A DNA stretch of 32,000 nt from Candidatus Iainarchaeum sp. (GTDB taxonomy: Archaea; Iainarchaeota; Iainarchaeia; Iainarchaeales; CSSED10-239), in assembly GCA_037441475.1 (NCBI GenBank), contig JBBISB010000001.1, forward strand, positions 426,418 through 458,417, written 5' to 3'. Positions 27,695 through 32,000 of this stretch are shown piece after piece; the first letter of the stretch is position 1; the number at the start of each line of letters is the position of its first letter. The notes beneath the pieces are model-generated. The model was not told where the DNA came from and did no database searches. It worked only from the letters and a program-made list of their open reading frames with translations. Both the position numbers and the translations under genes were made by a program.

Positions 27695-30600
27695 TTGAAA
27701 GATAAAAAATATTTAATTATTTTTTATTGATTGTACTAGTTAGTTTTTCAGGATGCCTTAACTTTATAACCACTAGAGAAAAGCAAGCTTGTCTTGCTTT
27801 AACTCACTTTTCATCAACCTCTATAGAGGACTGTTTCTCTCAAAATTCTTGCTTTAAAGATGTAGATAAGCTTGGTTTCTATACAACCCCAGAACTACCT
27901 AATGATCTTTTTAGTTACTATGCCAAGATATACTCTGAAGGGCTTGAAGTGGCTATCACATATATTCCTTCTCTTTATAATTTTTCGCAATACACCTTAA
28001 ATAGTATTTCTGTTATTGATGATCTTAATTCTATAAACGATAATGTTTATACTCTTAAAGTTTATAATTTCTATCAAGTGATTAACTCTTTTGTAGGAAG
28101 CTCAAACTCCTTACTTACTGATTTTAAAACAATTAATAATAGTTATAATGAAAATTTAGATAAAGTGTACCTTAAGATTACAGACGTTGAAAAGAATATT
28201 GAGGGTAATAATAGTTATCTTGAGATAAAGGATTTTGCATACTATAACAAACTTAAAAAAGAAATTAAATTTAAGGAAATTACTTTTGGATATTATTTAT
28301 CAGAGATAAAGAAGATTAATGCCAAAGTAATGGAGAACAAAGTAGATAATGTTAAGGCAACACAAAAGTATGCTTTAGATCTACTCGCCTGTGATGGGTT
28401 AGTAGATGAAGTTAGGCCGTATACAAGTATTTATTTTAAAGAAAAAATTGACCGTTATAAAACAAGTGAAAATATTCTTGAGAAATTAAAAATATGTGCT
28501 GATATTAATAAAGGGCTAGCATAAGAACATTGTGTTCAAAAAATTAATTTGTTTTTAGAAACAGACGCTGTTGAAAAAGAAGAGTTTTAACTTTTTTCTT
28601 ATAAAGAAGATAAAAGTTGTGTAGAGATACTAGGTAACATTAATTACAAACTAGAAAATAATTTTAAAATACAGTCTTTTAAAAAGTTATTACAAGAAGT
28701 CAATATAAAAATCAATGAGATAAAACAACACGAAATTAATTATCAATTACAAAAAACAATTATAGAAAGTAAAGAGAAAATAAAAAAATATGAAAAAGAA
28801 GACAACATTACATTAATTATTAATATTGATAAAAAACATTCAGATTTAATTAATATAGATAATCAGACTAATGAAATGTATAAAGTTTTAATAAATGATG
28901 AAAGATATTATACAGTAATTTACCTTAAAGACAGATATTTTTTAAAAATACACAACGCATTTTCAAAAAGCATAAATAACTTTATACTAGATGGGCCTTA
29001 CTACGGGTTAACAAGTAAAGATGACAAGGTTAATGTTCAAGGAAATAAAATCACAGTTAAATCCGCACACCCTGGAGATAATTTCTACGAGTTAGCGTAC
29101 GCAAATAAAACAGAGATAGATTATAAGATAATGTACCTTTCTTTAGATGAAAGTGTGATTAAGATAACTATTAAAAATCAAGTTGAGGGCATTATCGAAA
29201 ATATTGATTTCATAGATGGTTTTTCTACAAGAACAAAAGATGTGTATATTAATAAAAATAAAATATTTTTTACAACTGAAAAAGAAAACCAAATAATTGT
29301 CACTGGTAGTGTATTTGAAAAAGAGAGTACAAAAGAAATATTTGAGTTAACTCCGCTTAAGTTTATTACTTCTGAAAAAAATTAAAATAACTAACAAATA
29401 TTTACAGCCTATTAATCAAAAAATAATATTTAGAACTATTGATGAAAAATCAATTGTAAGGCTGATGGAGGAAAATAAAGATGTTGAAACAAATATAGAA
29501 AACAATAAAATAACTTTTACCTTGTCACTTGAAAAGGAAGCTACTAAAGAATATAGCTTGCAAACCATAAGTGAAAAAGAAGAAGTTTATTCAGAAATTA
29601 AAAAATTGGTTTTAGAGATAAGTAAATTTAATAACTGTGTTTATCAAGACATTAAAAATACCTCTAACACAAAATTAAGTAAGCTAGCAACCATCCCTTA
29701 TAAAAATAATTACTCTGTTACAGAGATAACTTCTTTTTATTTACTACTTCCTGAAATTGAGGAGCTTAGACAAAAATTAAATTTAGCTGAAAAAACAGAG
29801 TAGAGTATTTTATTAAATATCAAGAAATAAGTTTAAAAGAACTAACCGTCAAAGAAAAAAACACATTAACCAGAATTGATTCTAATAAATATAAAGACAT
29901 TTTTGCAGCAAATAAAGAACTTTCAGAACTACTTAAAATTATTTTAGAAAGAGAAGAAAGTGAAAGAGATAAAATGCAGGTAGAAAACAAAATTTACTTT
30001 CAAACACTTAAAGAAAAGGTTATCACCTATGGTCTAGAAGGCATAAATTTAGATTTATTGATAAAAGATAATGACGTAAATAAAATTAATCAAATAATTA
30101 ATGCTGGACTTAAAAAGAAGGCAGAAGGAATATATTATCTGATAAGTCCTGCAACCAATAATTTAGATAGTAAAAATATAACCTATTTAGTTAATTAAAC
30201 ATATAAACTTTATGAGGATCATGATTTAAGTGAACTTTATAGCGTAAATTATTTTGCCGGAATTACAAAATATGATGCCGCGAGGTTAGAAAAAATCTAT
30301 CTTTCTTGGACCGTGTTTTGTTTAATAGAGAAATTAGTAGTTTTGAAGAAAAGTTCGATTCTCAAGAATATGAAAAAGCCATTAACGCCACATCTTTAGA
30401 AACTATAAATAGAGTTAATAAAGTTAAGGCAGATGTAAGTAACCTAGAGAAAGGTATAGAAGTTATTAGAAATGATGCAAAAGAAGAAATACTTAAATAT
30501 CAAAAAAAGAGTATGATGCTGAAGTACTTACATTAGCAAAAAAATATTATGAAGAAGAAAAATATCTAAACACCATACTCCTTATTAGAAAAAATTCGGT

Positions 30601-30751
30601 TTCTGAAAAACAAACCTTAAAAGGAAAGCAAATCATTATTTTTTCACTCATTATAGTTTTATTTTCTGCAACTTATGCTTATTTTAGACTTGGAAACAAG
30701 AAAAAAGAAGAAAGTCATAAAGAGAAAAAAAAGAAGATATTAAGGCACTAG
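27695..30751 (+). pseudogene. Lipoprotein/C-terminal-TM surface protein gene of about 1018 codons, disrupted by 5 homopolymer frameshifts and 3 in-frame TAA codons
   Basis: SD-like GGAGA at 27681-27685 is followed 9 nt later by TTG 27695. After repair at T6 27720-27725 the N-terminus reads (M)KDKKYLIIFLLIVLVSFSGC, with a lipobox. Track ORFs 27727, 28876, 29465, 29974 and 30306 are joined by stop-free coding sequence in neighbouring frames. In-frame TAA codons are at 28522-28524, 28588-28590 and 30196-30198. Further frame changes are at A7 29375-29381, A6 29790-29795, A6 30290-30295 and A7 30502-30508. The last frame ends IIIFSLIIVLFSATYAYFRLGNKKKEESHKEKKKKILRH, followed by TAG at 30749-30751. 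Confidence 0.7.
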
Positions 30752-30816
30752 CTAACCTTAAAGAAATAAGATAATAATATAAATTAATTGATAGATATAA
30801 TATATTGTGAACGTAT

Positions 30817-31989
30817 ATGAAAAATCATAAATTTATATTTATATTATTTGGAATAATTTTATTTGCCAGCCTTATCCATGCATCTGTGCTAGATGAAAAA
30901 ACACTTTCTTCACTATCTAAAGGAGATGTCATAGTAAATAAAGGGAATGAAGTTTGTAAAAGCTATTCCTTTGACCTTAAAGGTATTGATGAAAAATCAA
31001 AAGCATATTTGCAGTTAACGGTTAAAAACTACATCCCTATTAAGACAGGAGTGAATATAACCTTTAATTTAAATGGAATTGAAGTAAGTAAGCTTATAGG
31101 GGACGAAATACTTTCTAATAATGTAATCCTTTTAAGTAATGTAGGAACTAACGACAACCTTCTTGAAATATGTGTTAAAAACGATTTTTTACCAAGATTT
31201 ATAATTGATGCAGAAAAAAGTACACTTGGTAACTACTATGTCGCAGAAATAAAAAAAGAGGACTTCTATCAAGAGGCACCTTCTAAAGCGTACATTAATA
31301 CAATGATACCTATAAAGCTTTTTATAAGAAATAGTGGTTATGATTCAGTTTATGTGGAAGTTGTTAATGCGACAGAATTATTTTTATATAACTCTAACTT
31401 AGAAAATGTTTCTGGAGAAACTTCTTTTAAAGGTATAATTAACCCGCAAGAAACTATTTCTTTAAATTATTTTGTTAAAGCAGAAAAGGGCATTAATTTT
31501 ACAACACCGCTTGCTAAACTAAATTATAAAGATAGATTTAATCAAGCACACACTATGTTCCTTACAACACAAATCATTTCTTTAGAAGAACAAGAAACAA
31601 AGATAACTGCTTACACAGATATATTTAGGGTAATTGAACCAAACAAAGTATACACAGGGCACTTAATCATTAAAAACGATTCAGAAAGCACCCTTAAAGA
31701 AATATATATCACACCATATTTTAATGGAGAGATTATTCTTTCTAAGGAAAAGATAAATAACTTAAATCCAAAAGATGTTGTAGAAATACCTTTCACTATA
31801 AAAACATTTAAAGAAGGAGATTACTCTTTAGTTTTCACTATTAATTATCTAGATGGTGTTAACGAAAAAAATGTTGGAACACAACAAAAAACAATTTCTG
31901 CAGAGAATAAAGATAATAAAGAAAATACAGCAATAACCATCCTAATTATTTTGACTATAATTTTATTTATATGGATTGTTAAGATTTAA
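30817..31989 (+). CDS. Exported CARDB/COG1361-like S-layer-type surface protein with a C-terminal TM anchor
   Basis: The signal peptide is MKNHKFIFILFGIILFASLIHA. Two CARDB-like modules follow (MIPIKLFIRNSGYDSVYVEVVNA... and YTGHLIIKNDSESTLKEIYITP...DVVEIPFTIKTFKEGDYSLVFTINY). The C-terminal TM is TAITILIILTIILFIWIVKI. Confidence 0.6.
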   Translation: MKNHKFIFILFGIILFASLIHASVLDEKTLSSLSKGDVIVNKGNEVCKSYSFDLKGIDEKSKAYLQLTVKNYIPIKTGVNITFNLNGIEVSKLIGDEILSNNVILLSNVGTNDNLLEICVKNDFLPRFIIDAEKSTLGNYYVAEIKKEDFYQEAPSKAYINTMIPIKLFIRNSGYDSVYVEVVNATELFLYNSNLENVSGETSFKGIINPQETISLNYFVKAEKGINFTTPLAKLNYKDRFNQAHTMFLTTQIISLEEQETKITAYTDIFRVIEPNKVYTGHLIIKNDSESTLKEIYITPYFNGEIILSKEKINNLNPKDVVEIPFTIKTFKEGDYSLVFTINYLDGVNEKNVGTQQKTISAENKDNKENTAITILIILTIILFIWIVKI

Positions 31990-32000
31990 ACAATCCTTTT

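Noticed and set aside
28522-30198. In-frame TAA codons in the 3-kb gene as evidence for stop-codon reassignment or programmed readthrough.
   Set aside because: TAA, TAG and TGA all terminate well-supported genes in this window at conserved C-termini. TAA ends DP1, DP2, tuf, rps10 and elp3; TGA ends the SPFH gene and the adhesin; TAG ends the 24651 and 27322 ORFs. A standard code with pseudogenisation is the simpler reading.
1-32000. CRISPR arrays, transposases, integrases, toxin-antitoxin pairs or known defence genes.
   Set aside because: No regularly spaced repeats were seen, and no ORF carries a recognisable nuclease, integrase or transposase motif. The accessory content here is cell-surface proteins rather than mobile or defence elements.

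Overview
The window is a visibly AT-rich archaeal chromosomal segment with compact gene spacing. The archaeal assignment rests on DNA polymerase D (DP1 and DP2), EF-1alpha, ribosomal protein uS10, SecD/SecF, Elp3 and Taw3. A small-genome, DPANN-like lineage is plausible from gene sizes and the load of surface proteins, but that is inference only. Housekeeping genes are intact: secF-secD, a Nog1-like GTPase, a TauE permease, UPF0147-polD small-polD large, tuf-rps10, an NFACT-N protein, a PRC-barrel protein, DUF373, an SPFH protein, taw3 and elp3. Two accessory cell-surface regions sit between them. (1) At 9.8-16.2 kb on the minus strand are a Pilin_N-type prepilin fused to GLUG repeats, a secreted M6 (InhA-like) metalloprotease, and an 814-aa adhesin-like protein with a class III (type IV pilin-like) signal peptide. 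The GLUG gene is broken by three -1 frameshifts. (2) At 27.0-32.0 kb on the plus strand are a wHTH protein, a small CARF/Csa3-like Rossmann protein, a roughly 3-kb lipoprotein gene and a COG1361/CARDB-like surface protein. The ORF track shows the lipoprotein gene as five small ORFs, but it reads as one gene interrupted by 5 homopolymer frameshifts and 3 in-frame TAA codons. All frame disruptions fall in these two surface-protein genes, while longer homopolymers (A9, A12) inside housekeeping genes are in frame. I recognised no rRNA, tRNA, CRISPR array, transposase, integrase or reverse transcriptase. All family assignments come from motif recognition by eye and need HMM or structure confirmation.
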